Shown piece by piece: positions 36,876-50,409 of a stretch of DNA of 64,000 bases; position 1 is the first letter of the stretch; every line of letters starts with the position of its first letter. The notes below the pieces were generated by a model. That model searched no databases. It had not been told where the DNA came from and saw only the letters and a program-made list of their open reading frames with translations. This DNA comes from Lytechinus pictus (lineage: Eukaryota): NCBI RefSeq assembly GCF_037042905.1, contig NC_087245.1, positions 32,738,001-32,802,000 on the forward strand, read 5' to 3'. The translations under genes and the position numbers were made by a program.

Positions 36876-39068
36876 ACATGTAGATATGTGAATAATTATA
36901 TGAATTAATAGTCTGTCTGTTAGCAGAATGACATGCTCATTACAAGGCAAGCCATTAACCTAGTCATTTTCCATCAGAAATCAATTTCTTAATAGATACC
37001 CCTTCAAAATTCATCTGTATTATTAAATGAGGTGCAAATAATTTTATTTTCATACAAGAAAGTCTTGTTAATTTCTCATCATTTAGATGTACAAGTAATT
37101 TCCATGCCATGATCTGTCACAAAGTATACGGTATACATTCTAATTTTTGACATGATAATAACATCTCCAAGGCAGAAATGAGGCACAAAGGATATCGGAG
37201 CCAAAGGAGAGAAGAAAGATAAAGAAGGTTACATCTTAGTGCGGATACATGACTGGAAATGCAAGAATTACCTGAATGATGCACAATGAAAACATTGAAA
37301 GCTTGAAGGAGCCAGAAGGGAAAAGGGGGAAGATTTCTTTAGTGTTCCTAGATTTATCCCCTGGCAAGGCAAGATGGTTTTGTATACTTCTCAGTCGCTT
37401 CTTTTCTACACCTCCCTTCTATTCAGAGGTGTATTATTGTCCTCTGCCCAATTTGTTGATATGGATGTTTCACACATGTCTCATTACAAAATATACCTTA
37501 ATATTTTCTTATCGGGTATTTTGCCAGAGTTGAAAGCAAAGTTCTGCAACATCCCTGAACCAAACTACCTGGAATCCGTTTTATATAGGCTTAAAATTGT
37601 TGTAAATTTGCCAGTATTGTAATTTCCATGGATTTTTTTTAATTGTGATTGGCTGCTGTGCCCTAGCTGTTACCATGGTAGTAAGTACAATTGTTGGTAC
37701 TCTTTATGAAATGGGGCCCCAAGGTATTTTGCCAGAGTTTTTCAAAACCAAAGTTCCTGCATATATCCCTGAAACAAAATATCTGCAAATTTAAATTTAA
37801 AAATCTCAAGAATCATTTGCAAGGATTTCTTTTATTAAAGATTTCAGGGATTTTTTAACAAATAGGTCAAAGCCCATAATGAAAAGGTTGTATAATTATG
37901 TGAGATAAGGATGATGAATATCCTTTGTTAGATGAATGGCAAACTTTGGTTGCTGGCTTATTAATATGAGAGTTTGGCCTATCTATTATAGACAGGTATG
38001 AATTGGAAATAATTTTAGGGTGATTTAAAGCCTTAGCAGTCTCTTGTGATGTACAGGTATTTTCATGCTTCAGCTTAGGTGTGAATACATCCACACAGGA
38101 GCCCAGAGCTCAATGAAAGAAAAAGATTTGGCTTAGTTCTGTCAAAGGACCTTTATACTGTAGAGAATTAAATCTCTGCCCTGACTGCTTTCTGTGTGAT
38201 TTTTACAGTGGGATTAGCCTTTCAACATTGGACAAATAAAAAGGGCAAAAATAGAACAGGTAATAACGACAAATACTTGAAAGCTGAGGATATTGTGGTA
38301 TATGCACGTTCTCTCATAGGATAAGCCCCAAAGTCTAAGCTCGCTATGCTCCCTGTACACTTTAATAATCAATGCCTTGCAATGGAAAATGTTATAAGCA
38401 GAAAAGGATAGTCAACTGTCTGAAGGAAGAGTAGGTTTATTACAGAATTTAGGCAGGATATGTTGAAGGTCGACATGTGTTCTCTAGGCCTACAATGTAC
38501 ATATAACTTTATAAGTTATAAAGCAAAAACAAAAAATCTTTTAAAATCATTTGAAGAGTATAGGAAAGATCAAGAAAAAATATCAAATTTGTGCAGACAC
38601 TTTCAAGATATTTGTCTCTGAAAAACCATCATTTAATTTACCTCCAGGGGAGATTAATTGTAACACATGTTAGTTTATGGAATAACCGGAGCTGTGTCTC
38701 TATAATCACTTTCTTAATCTCCATTTTGAAGCACTAAATGATGATTTTCGAGTGCAATCTTTCACGGCTTTGATTGTGAAGCATATCACGGGCATGGGTG
38801 ACAAATATGGGACCCTGCAGCTCAGACATTATCAAAGTCAAATAATTCTAACAAGTGCTTTTAACTTGATTTCTTTTTTGTGTCATTAACCTCAATGAAT
38901 GGAATAATATTTCTCACCAGTCAACCCTAACACAAATTGAAATGTTTATGGTTTCATGAATCATGTGGGTAGAATGTAAAATGAGGTGCAGTATACAGGA
39001 TAAATCTTGTACCACTTTCATATTTGGTTTAGAACTAGTGTCTAGTGAAGTCGATGAGTCTTTTCTAA

Positions 39069-39449
39069 TACCCCTTTCATAAACCTATCCTCCAATTAGC
39101 CGCCTAATAGTAATGCGGATAATTCAAGAAAAATTGCGTTCACAAACTCCGAAAATTATCTGCATTATTTTTACGAGCGCCCGTCCTGAATAAGGCGGAT
39201 AATCGTCATGACAACTGGACACGCCCCCTCCGATGCGGTTGTGTTGGAAAAGGGTGACCTTGTGACCGCACCATGGCAATTATCTGCATTATTTGGAAAT
39301 ACGTTCATAAACTCAAAATCTTGTCCTGATGCTGCTATTAATGCGGATAATTGCAGCATCAAAATAATGCAGATAACTCTGGTCCTCCTCCGATTTTACG
39401 ACCAAATTATGCTGCTATTAGCCGCATAATTGGGTTTATGAAAGGGGTA
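39069..39449. mobile_element. PIF/Harbinger-type MITE
   Basis: TAA|TACCCCTTTCATAAACC...GGTTTATGAAAGGGGTA|TAA, a 3-bp TAA TSD. Confidence 0.85.
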
Positions 39450-39797
39450 TAAGGGTTAGGCTAGCCAGTAAGGTTGGGCCTCTGCTGCCACATATCATCC
39501 CCAGTGGGGGGTGATGATCTGCCCTACTTTTCTGAATCAATACTTGTTTGAGCTTTACAAAGCCAAACTCTGTACTAAATTCATAATTTTGCAGAAAGTT
39601 GTCAAGTAGATTCTTTCTTCTTTGTAAGCGATGCTGGTTGTAAGTATCATTAGTTTGACATCAGTCCATGTCTTGAGTGTTTTCTTTGGGGGTGGGGATT
39701 TACCTGGCATTTAAATGCTATTCTGTTCGAAAAGTCTGCATCTTGAAGAAAAACATGCTTGCATGCATATGAATTGTCTTATTAACATTATTATTAG

Positions 39798-40030
39798 GAC
39801 CATCATCATCAGCAGCATCATCATCACTATTATTTATCATGATCAGCATCAGCATAATCAACATCAGCTTATGCCATGTCATCATCGACAACATCATCAT
39901 CATCAGCAGCATCATCATATTCATCATCATCAGCATCATCATCAATTCATCAGCAGCAGCATCATCATCAGCATCATCATCATCAATTCATTATATCATG
40001 AAGATCATCAATGTCATCATCATCATCACC
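39798..40030 (+). repeat. Degenerate (CAT/CAG)n trinucleotide repeat
   Basis: Explains the His-, Ile- and Met-rich ORFs in several frames. Confidence 0.9.
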
Positions 40031-40244
40031 TGAAAAAAATCAGCATAATGAGTTTTGCAAACAAATTTGTGACATCAAAGTGAATTAAGACTCAAGACAA
40101 ACAACATAATGTCATTTTATGTGTGGTTGGTCCAGGATGCTACTTGGGGCAAAATTCTGATAGTTTGTGTCAAACACTTTAAAAATGAAAGAGTGGAAAT
40201 GGATGAATCCTATCTAGATTTTTCACCTTGATGAAAAATTTGTT

Positions 40245-42007
40245 GTAAAAATACCAGAAAAATTATAAAGAATATTGACGAAGCTTAGAGAAAAATCCAT
40301 CCAAGATTAAGAAAGTTATTAAATTTTAAGTTTTTTATTTGTGACATCATACATGTACCGGCAGCTGCCCCATATTAAAATGCATAAATTTTGTTGATTT
40401 ATTACTTCACGATATATGGGGAAAACTGCTCATATATGATGTAAAAAAAAAAAATAATTCTAATCATTTTTAAATCCTTGAAGGATCTTCCTCAAACCTT
40501 CAGCAATGTTATTTTTATGGTACTATTTTTACATTTTTTTTTCAGGATAAACTTCCCCTTTAGAATGGGTCTAGAGCTTTTTTTAAGGCTGGAAAACCCA
40601 GTGACCCCTCTGCCCTTTCCAAACCATTTATGTTCTTAGTGAGTATGGTGTTATGAAAAATATGTTGGAAATTTATCTCTCAGTATTTTGAAAATTAAAA
40701 TGATGATGTAATGAGGTTTTTGAGGTTTTCATCATTTCTTGGGTCTTGAATAATTTTTTCTATCTAGTTACAATTACACCACTCACCCCCCTACAAATTG
40801 CCCTAATTTGTATGAATGGTAAAATGGTAATGATGTAAAAATACCAGAAAAATTATAAAGAATATTGACGAAGCTTAGAGAAAAATCCATCCAAGATTAA
40901 GAAAGTTATTAAATTTTAAGTTTTTTATTTGTGACATCATACATGTACCGGCAGCTGCCCCATATTAAAATGCATAAATTTTGTTGATTTATTACTTCAC
41001 GATATATGGGGAAAACTGCTCATATATGATGTAAAAAAAAATAATAATTCTAATCATTTTTAAATCCTTGAAGGATCTTCCTCAAACCTTCAGCAATGTT
41101 ATTTTTATGGTACTATTTTTACATTTTTTTTTCAGGATAAACTTCCCCTTTAGAATGAGTCTAGAGCTTTTTTTTTAAGGCTGGAAAACCCAGTGACCCC
41201 TCTGCCCTTTCCAAACCATTTATGTTCTTAGTGAGTATGGTGTTATGAAAAATATGTTGGAAATTTATCTCTCAGTATTTTGAAAATTAAAATGATGATG
41301 TAATGAGGTTTTTGAGGTTTTCATCATTTCTTGGGTCTTGAATATTTTTTTCTATCTAGTTACAATTACACCCCTCACCCCCCTACAAATTGCCCTAATT
41401 TGTATGAATGGTAAAATGGTAATGATGTAAAAATACCAGAAAAATTATAAAGAATATTGACGAAGCTTAGAGAAAAATCCATCCAAGATTAAGAAAGTTA
41501 TTAAATTTTAAGTTTTTTATTTGTGACATCATACATGTACCGGCAGCTGCCCCATATTAAAATGCATAAATTTTGTTGATTTATTACTTCACGATATATG
41601 GGGAAAACTGCTCATATATGATGTAAAAAAAAAAATAATAATTCTAATCATTTTTAAATCCTTGAAGGATCTTCCTCAAACCTTCAGCAATGTTATTTTT
41701 ATGGTACTATTTTTACTTTTTTTTTTCAGGATAAACTTCCCCTTTAGAATGAGTCTAGAGCTTTTTTTTTAAGGCTGGAAAACCCAGTGACCCCTCTGCC
41801 CTTTCCAAACCATTTATGTTCTTAGTGAGTATGGTGTTATGAAAAATATGTTGGAAATTTATCTCTCAGTATTTTGAAAATTAAAATGATGATGTAATGA
41901 GGTTTTTGAGGTTTTCATCATTTCTTGGGTCTTGAATATTTTTTTCTATCTAGTTACAATTACACCACTCACCCCCATACAAATTGCCCTAATTTGTATG
42001 AATGGTA
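40245..42007 (+). repeat. Three near-identical ~591-bp tandem copies
   Basis: AAAAATACCAGAAAAATTATAAAG starts at ~40247, ~40837 and ~41429; copies differ mostly in homopolymer length. Confidence 0.95.
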
Positions 42008-42655
42008 TTGTCACAGTTTGCTGTCAATTTAGTTTTTCTACTTTCCATTCGGTCTTGTTCCATATCTACCTAGTTCAGCAAGCAGTTTGTCTAATATAAT
42101 CCATTTGGTCTTATTGCCATTGAGCCAATATACCATTTACACCACTGAGTCCATATCAATTTTTCATTAGACAAAAATGGCAAACTGTTTATTTACTAGA
42201 CAAAATGGAAATTAGAGAATAGAGACCATGTGTGCATTATACTAAATGAGAATTAGACTGCTTCTTAGGCTGAAGGGTTTAGTTAATTGATAGTAGACTA
42301 AATGGGTTTAAACCATAGGCTAGGTATGAGACTATCTGAGAAGAACACCAACTGCTTGTAGATCAGTTCCATATACATGTAGATCTGTACTCAACTATTT
42401 TTCTCTAGAAACTACTACCCCCCTCAAGTACCCAATTGTATAAACTACATGACAACATTTTCATCGTGACGTTGGATGTTATCATACATACTGCACCTGT
42501 CGGACCACCCATAGTATGTAATCAATGTTGTGTCTATCATGTATCATGTAATGACAGATGCAACTACATGTATATTATGTTCACATTTATGGCCACACCC
42601 CCTTCACATTGCGAAGAGTGAACTTGACTTGAATCTGTGCATGCTAACCTTACTT

Positions 42656-44209
42656 CCCGGGGGGGGGGGGGGCACTTTGATTGACGAGTGGATACCATGC
42701 GTGACCATGGGGTTTCGAAAAGCACCCTAAACAAGTATTTTCCATGTTCTGAAAATGCACCTCTTAACAAGTATTGGCCTGTGAAACCCTACCCTTAATA
42801 AGTATTGGAAACAAAACGGTTTACCCTTGACAAGAATTCCCTGATTGACCCCCTAAACAAGTACAACGTTCGATATCTTGATTGTTTTGTCACGGACGTC
42901 GGCTTTACCTTTACTTTCATTGGGTTTACCGTTTAGTACCACCCCACACACGTACCTCACTCAAATCGGACCCTAAACATGTAGTGTTGGGGCAAAAAGA
43001 ACATCCTGTATAAAGTATTTTAGTCTTTTTATACCCTCGCAAATCGGACCGTAAACACGTGGTTTCCTAGCAAAATATATACCCTTTTTGTCTCGCCTGC
43101 ATAGCAGAGCGAGACTATAGGCGCCGCTTTTCCGACGGCGGCGGCGGCGTCAACATCAAATCTTAACCTAAGGTTAAGTTTTTGAAATGACATCATAACT
43201 TAGAAAGTATATGGACCTAGTTCATGTAACTTAGGCATAAGGTTAATCAAGTATTAGTGAACATCCTGCTCGAGTTTCAGGTCACGTGACCAAGGTCAAA
43301 GGTCATTTAGGGTCAATGAACTTTGGTCAAGTTGGGGGTATTTGTTGAATTACTATCATAACTTTGAAAATTTATGGATCTAGTTCATGAAACTTGGACA
43401 TAAGGTTAATCAAGTATTAGCAAACATCATGTGCGAGTTTCAGGTCACATGACCATGGTCAATGGTCATTTAAGGTCAATGAACTTTGGCCGTGTTGGGG
43501 GTATTTGTTAAATTACCATCCTAACTCTGAAAGTTTACGGATTTAGTTAATAAAACTTGGACATAAGAGTAATCAAGTATCACTGAACATCCTGTACGAG
43601 TTTCAGGTCACATGACCATGGTCAAAGGTCATTAAAGGTCAATGAACTTTGGCCGTGTTGGGGGTATTTGTTAAATTACCATCCTAACTCTGAAAGTTTA
43701 TGGATCTAGTTCATAAAACTTGGGATATAAGAGTAATCAAGTATCACTGAACATCCCCTGTGAGTTTCAGGTCACAAAACCAAGGTCAAAGGTCAGTTAA
43801 GGTCAATAAACTTAGGCCATGTTGGGGTAATTGTTGAATTGCCATCATAACTTTGAAAGTTTATAGATAGAGTGATTGAAATGTGGACATGGATGTAGTT
43901 GACAAGTCTTAAGTCACCGTTCAAATGTCATTTATGGTCAATAAACGTGGTATTATGTCATTATATGAATGGAGTTTTTGTGAATGATTATTTTATAGTA
44001 GTTTTCAAAGTTAGCACTGCTGCTATATTAAATCGCGTAATGCAGGCGAGACTGCCAGAGGCGTTCCACTTGTTTCATTATTATAGTGTTTTTGGCACCC
44101 CTATTACGTTACGTACATATCGTGCCCTATCTTGAAAAAGAGATCCCTTTTACGTGTTTTTTTTGGTCACGCATGGTATCCACTCGTCAATGGAAGTGGC
44201 CCCCCTGGG
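42656..44209. mobile_element. TIR element (CCC...GGG termini) hosting a nested HINE
   Basis: GGCACTTTGATTGACGAGTGGATACCATGCGTGACCA pairs with TGGTCACGCATGGTATCCACTCGTCAATGGAAGTGGCC. Confidence 0.7.
43090..44073 (+). mobile_element. Helentron-associated non-autonomous element (HINE), copy 2
   Basis: Same family as 22284-23246: GTCTCGCCTGCAT...ATGCAGGCGAGAC, (CGG)n, 163-bp tandem units, T-run target. Confidence 0.8.
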
Positions 44210-45039
44210 CCTTATTTGAGGTTCACCTTTCAGTAAATATTGATTTCCAAACTCCAAAGTCATGATATCAAAATAAAAGTTAGTTTGATAGGATATACAG
44301 TACATGTCATAATTTTTTAATGAATGCCCCCGAGGTAATTATTTGATGGTATGATGCATTGGCAGCAATCATATGGAATCATTCTACAGAGTCCTCTATA
44401 CAAGTATGTATGCTAAAACTTGAAAGAAATGGTACATTTCTAAATTGGATTATTGGGGATAGTTTCAATATTCATGTATATGCCTTCTTAAGTACTCCAT
44501 ATTAAGGAGACACCCCACCCCCTTTCTAATTTTGTACAGTAGCCTATAGGAGAGGGGCATCTCACCCCCCCCCCCTCCCCCGGCCCCAAATGGACCAAAA
44601 ATCTCACAAAATTGCTGCCTATGAATTTTTCCACCATATTTCACTTCATTTTGCATGTGTTGTCAACACCAGCATATTTGAGGGATACAGTGTACATCAT
44701 GTATTTGCGACAATTAAGATCAAATTGTCTCTTTACCTCCAATACTGGTTTTACTGGTTTTATGCTCAAATTGTCATTTTTATTAGGTTTTAGGGGGTTT
44801 ATACTATTTACAAGAATATTTTTATTAGGACAGGAGGCTGCACCCTACAAGCTCCACTTTTAAGCAGCCTCCTCCATTTCCAGCCGGCTAATATGATAAT
44901 CATAATAATTTTTGTACGTTAAAAATGCTGTTTCATTGATATGTTCTGTATTATAATGATTGTTGGAAATGGAAATAAATGAAATTAAATCAAATGAAAT
45001 ATACAATGAAGTTTCTTTTTTATTTTTCTTCCAACACAG

Positions 45040-45178
45040 GTTCCCTAGCTGGTTTGACTGATCTAGTCCATGACAAAGATGTGGCTGCTAAGGCAGTGGC
45101 ATTTGTCGTCAACAGCAGCAGGAGAGGAATAGTTCCTTTGTGTGCTGATGTGGCTGCTATTTTGAGAAATAAACTCAA
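45040..45178 (+). CDS. Coiled-coil / CAP-Gly domain protein, exon 2
   Basis: Polypyrimidine tract then acacag|...|gtaaga, 139 nt, phases 1 to 2. (G)SLAGLTDLVHDKDVAAKAVAFVVNSSRRGIVPLCADVAAILRNKL(K). Confidence 0.75.
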
Positions 45179-45232
45179 GTAAGATTTTTAAAGAGTAAAG
45201 CTTTGGTGCAGCGCTTTTTGTGAATCTGGTAA

Positions 45233-45468
45233 AGGCCCTGTCACATCGTTCCCTGCAAGCCTTGCGTGTGACTTGCAGGTAACTATTTGTGCTACCCACA
45301 AGTTGCCCGCAGTATCTCGACTGTATCTCTCACGCAGTTACCCTCAGAAACAAGTTTGATTTGCAAGCAGAAAAGTTTGAACATGCTCGAAACTTGGTTG
45401 CGGGTGAGTTGCGGGCAATCACCAGCAACTCACCCACAAGGCTTGCATGGAACGATGTGACAGGGCCT
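45233..45468. mobile_element. Palindromic Harbinger-like MITE
   Basis: AGGCCCTGTCACATCGTTCC...GGAACGATGTGACAGGGCCT. Confidence 0.75.
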
Positions 45469-45927
45469 TCAATTATCAATTCTGTTTATTTTTCTTTAAA
45501 GATTACACTTTGAGCGCTTATCTTACATATTTAGTGTTTTGATAACAGAGAGCTACAGACAAAGATCATATCTTGGTATTATTTGCCCATTCCGAACTTG
45601 GAAAGAGGTTTTATGAGCAAAAAATAGGAATATTTATTTTAATTGATCGGGCCTCTGATCTAAATGAATTTTCATTCAAAATTACAAAACTTATCAAAGA
45701 AGACACATTTTATTTGATATTCTTCACTCCATAACTGTTGCAGCCCCCTTGCAGGGCATACACATCCATATAATATAGTAAGGAATCAGAATAAGGACAT
45801 TCTCTTTTGGACTAACCCAAACTAAGAATAAGCTTTATAGCATATCTAATACTCCATTAGACAACGAAACTTGAAGACAAACCAATGCAACCTGCAAGTT
45901 GTACATGTATGTTTTTATGTTCAAAAT

Positions 45928-46091
45928 CAGGGGCTCGTTTCATAAAGGATTTGCAACTGTTGTAACTTTGCCATTATGGCAACTACCATGGAAACCTTGA
46001 TTTTGATTGGCTGCTGAGCCCTGTTACCATGGTAGTTGCCATAATGGCAAAGTTTAACAACAGTTGCAACACCTTTATGAAACGTTCCCCA
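45928..46091. mobile_element. Palindromic MITE (partial relative at ~37620-37720)
   Basis: GTTTCATAAAGGATTTGCAACTGTTG...CAACAGTTGCAACACCTTTATGAAAC. Confidence 0.7.
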
Positions 46092-48559
46092 GAAGGATAT
46101 TTTCAGGAGACAAGGACAAATTGTAAAAAGAGGCAGCAGAAGAGTAGGAGACATTTCCTAACTGTTCTTGTTGTATTCTGCAAATTGCTGCTGTCAATCA
46201 TTTTTTGTAAGGAAAATGTAGGGCAAAATCATGTGTTTTTGTAACTTTTCAACTTTGTATAAGAATTCCTTTTATTTGAGAGACTATTGTATAATATGCA
46301 ATGATTGTTGCAATGTGCACTTTCGGTAGCTTAGCTTTTTCTTGTCATAAGTGACATGTGACTAGCATAAATTTTGGTGACCAAATGTTAGGGTCTTGCT
46401 TTAAAATAAAAATTTGGGTGCCCTGAAGAGACTGGGGCAATGCCCTAGTGGGCCTCTTCTCACACAAAATATTGATACACTGTAGATTCAAATTACAGTA
46501 AAATGTAATGAAATTGCTATCTCATAACTGCACAATAATCACATCGATTGCAATTTGAGTGTGATTGATTCAATCACAGACTCTCTTTGTAAACAGGGGC
46601 TTGACTGGTCATAGCAGATTAAAGTGCATGCACGTGTACAGAAGTGTAATCTGCGGGTATCAGCTGTACACTAAGTACATGTAGGTCTTCAAAACTAGTA
46701 AAGTCAATCCTGAAGATTTTTGTTTTTCTTACTGGGAGAAGTTGAATTTAGATGTTTCCCAGACTTCATTTCTTGAACACAGTAAGGATACCTTATTAGT
46801 TAAAATGGTCACCTGTCTGTCATACAAGAATATAAATTAGTGCATCGTGGTACTGTTTTTAGTTCAGGACTTCAGATTACCATGTCTGGCTTCATTCTTT
46901 GGTTGATATCTTGTGAGACTGTGAGTGAGTTCTTGACAAATCTTTGTTTGTCGAGCATCCTTACCTACATTCCTGCATGGGCGCTGAATTGAAATGAACC
47001 AACAAACAATGGCCGACCACCCTTAACAGACTTGTAAGGGCAGCGGATTCATTGTGCGTTTGTAAGCTGGGCCACTTTTCACCCCCTCTCTAGAATTCAA
47101 GCATGGCCAAGCAGGCAGGACAGGAGGCGGGATCCTGGGATTAACACCTAGCCTCCTGAATTGTTGACAGTCTTTGTATCATGTATCACACATTTGGTTT
47201 GATAGAGGCTTGTGAGAGGAGAAGGGTTAAGAGTTCATGGAATTGTGGGCAAGAGAAGTCCAGGGATGGTAGTCCTTCCTTCATCCATGGACTTATTCCG
47301 TGCTTCAAGTAATGCACTACCCATGGAACTGGGGTGAAGCTGTTCGAAAACGACAATAATGGTTGCCATGACAATCCATGATTGAATTACCATCATGGAT
47401 GGCAAAATATTATTTCTTGAAAACTGCATCATATTGACACAGTATGTATACGGAGAGGCTTTTTGAACATCCATATAACCAGCATTTAATTAGAGGGATT
47501 GAAATTGAGAAGGTGAAAGAAGGGTCCAAATTATTTACGAAGTGTGTTTTCAAAACTTTTTATGTGGGAGTGTACTTGGAGTGACTTGCATTATTACCCC
47601 CCCCCCCCACACACACACACACAAACACCATGACGAGTCTCCATTGATAAAGGGTTGGGTTACAGATATCTATTTTAATCACCGATTTTAACAACAAGAA
47701 TAGACTATCACAGTGTGAAGTAAATTGTGGAAAGCCGAAAGTGTCAAAAATTTAGTAACATGGAATCTTTCTGACGTTTATTATTATACTCTTTCATTAT
47801 GTGATAAGTGATAATGTCTAAGAAACTAATTCAATTATTTCCTCATACAGTTATGAATGATCTGAGTGACAGAAAAGTTGATTAATCAAACCTGTGCTGT
47901 TTTTAGAGATTTGTGTCACAACTGGCTATCCATACTTAAACAACACTCAGGTTCAAAATTAAACCAGAGCTCAGAATACGGACCATTGGTTTTGGGGGAT
48001 TTACCAAACCTTAAGATCTGTAGGCTTTAAAAATCAGTGTTAGGGACTGTGTTCTGGCAATACTTTATAAGTAGTACATGGACACGTGAGATCTAAAAAT
48101 ATATCATGCTGGAGCCCTTAATGTGAAGAGGTACAGTATGTAGACCTTCTGCATGTACTAACACACTTATCGCCTCATTCAGCACATTTGTTGGCATCCA
48201 AAGACAAGCGGGGCTCAGATGGAGTGCCAGCTCAAGAGAAGCGGCAAGGAATAAAGAAAGTTTTATCGATTGTTATTTGCTCATTGGCTTAACATGGCCT
48301 ACTTTGTGGGACAGGGGTGATGAAAACAAACAAACAGGCAGGCTAACAGATATCTTGGAAAGGGATGGAAGATGGATATTGTCTTATATTTTTCTTTGAC
48401 TTGACAAAATCTCAGAACACTACTAGATTTCTTCTTCTTTGTTGTAATATGTTTTTCCACAAAAGGCAACATCTTTTAGAGTGATACAATATATAAGCTA
48501 TAGCGTATTCAAGGACTTTCAAATATATTAATTTAAAATTGAGAATCACTATAGAAGAC

Positions 48560-49470
48560 AATTGAAGACAATCTCACTGATGCCACATTGAAACAATCCA
48601 AATGCTGGAAAAGAGACTATAGTCCCACCATTGCCACATTAAAATCAATCACACCATTGCCACATTGAAATAATCCCACAGCTGACACATTGAAACCAAT
48701 TCCACTGCTGCCACATTGTAAATGATCCCACTTCTGCCAAATTGAAAACAATCCCACCATTGCCACACTGAAATAATCCTACAGCTGCCAAAGTGAAATA
48801 ACCCTACTGATGCCACATTGAAAACCCACGCTGCCGCATTGAAATCAATCTCACTGCTGCAACAATGAAAACAGACCCACTGCTGCCACTGTGAAAACAA
48901 TCCCACCACTGCCACAGTGAACACAATTCCAATGCTACCACATTGAACACAATCCCACTGTTGCCACATTGAAACCATCCGTCCACTGCCACATTGAAAT
49001 AATCCCACCAATGCCATACCAAAATAATCCCACTGCTGCCACATTTATACCAATCCCACTGCGGCCAAATTGAAAACAATCCCACCAATGACATGTGCAG
49101 CGAAATAATCCTACAGCTGCCACATTGAAACCTCTCCCACTGCGGCCATATTAAAAAGAATCCTGCTGCCACAATGAAGCCAATCGCACTGCTGCCACAT
49201 TGAAACCAATCCCACTGCTGCCACATTGAAACCAATCCCAGTGCTGCCACATTGAAACAATCCCTCTGGTGCCACATCGAAATAAACCCACCACTGCCAC
49301 ATTGAAAACAATACGACCGCTGCCACATTGAAAACAATCCCACTGCTGCCACATTGAAAACAATCCCACTGCTGCCACATTGAAAAACAATCTAACTGCT
49401 GCCTCTCTAAAAACATTACAACTGTTCCCACATTGAAACAAGCTTACCATTGCCACGTTGAAAATAATGT
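48560..49470 (+). repeat. Degenerate ~30-bp minisatellite (TGCCACATTGAAACAATCCCACTGC)
   Basis: About 28 diverged units; source of the overlapping Trp/Cys/Gly-rich minus-strand ORFs. Confidence 0.9.
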
Positions 49471-49570
49471 AATTGACACACTTCTACCATGGAGCTGTAA
49501 TAGCTCCATGCTTCTACCAGCAATCAAAATAAACCTACCTCTACCCCAATATAATCAGTTCCACCACCGA

Positions 49571-50409
49571 TACCCCTTTCATATTGCGCTTTTCCCCGGC
49601 GAACTTCGCCAGCGAAGGGGAAAGTGTCCAGAACTTCTCCACCTCTAGAGAAACTGTTTCCCCAGCGAAGTTCGCCAGTGAAACAGCCAGTATGAAAGCA
49701 AACCGGAGAACTTCTCCTTAATGACGTCAGATGTCATTTTTTCCCTCCCCGAAATCCCCTGAACTGAGATTCCACGCGCTAGCTAGCTATTATTTCCGTG
49801 GCTAAATGTAGAAGGCCACGCTTTATGAGCGATTCGATCATTCCATAGAGTAATACCCTCGAAGATACAGTTTTTTTTCCACTAACGATGTTTATTATAA
49901 AAGCGTAAGTTTACATGCTAAAAATGCGCTTAAAATATCAAAATACTTTAATTGATTCTTCATTTGTTTTGCTTCTCATATTTCTAGAATATATTGTAAT
50001 TTAAAAAAAAAACTTTTTGTAATCGGTAAGAAGCAATGTTTACAATTGTCTTTTCGTTAGTTCTAATTCTGCATGGACATGCCGAGTATGCTGATCAGCA
50101 GCTGCTGCTGAGAAGTGTTTACCAGCCGTCATCTCCAAAATTTCACTGTTAAGATTAATTAGGTATCTGCAGTTAATAAGGAAAGAGTACGATTAAAATT
50201 AAAATTTAAAAAAAAAGCGCGCTTTCATTGACACCGGGTTTGCACTTACTTCCGCCCGAGCAAATCACCCGTTGACTTTCGCCGTGGAAGAGATGTCAGT
50301 GCGAAAGGGTAAATTTTTTTCTTCGCCGGGAAGGTGAGGAATGCGTGCCGGAGAAGTTTGCCGGTGAAGTTCGCTGGGGAAAAATGAAGAAGCCAGTCTG
50401 AAAGGGGTA
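49571..50409. mobile_element. PIF/Harbinger-like non-autonomous element
   Basis: TACCCCTTTCA...TGAAAGGGGTA termini as in 39069-39449, subterminal TTCGCC/GGCGAA motifs, flanks CGA/TGA. Confidence 0.75.

Noticed and set aside
39715..40083. His-rich protein ORF
   Set aside because: (CAT)n microsatellite; no phase-compatible splice sites linking it to the host gene were found.
48649..49456. Overlapping Cys/Trp/Gly-rich repeat proteins
   Set aside because: They arise in all three minus frames from a ~30-bp minisatellite with frame-shifting unit lengths; no splice or domain support.
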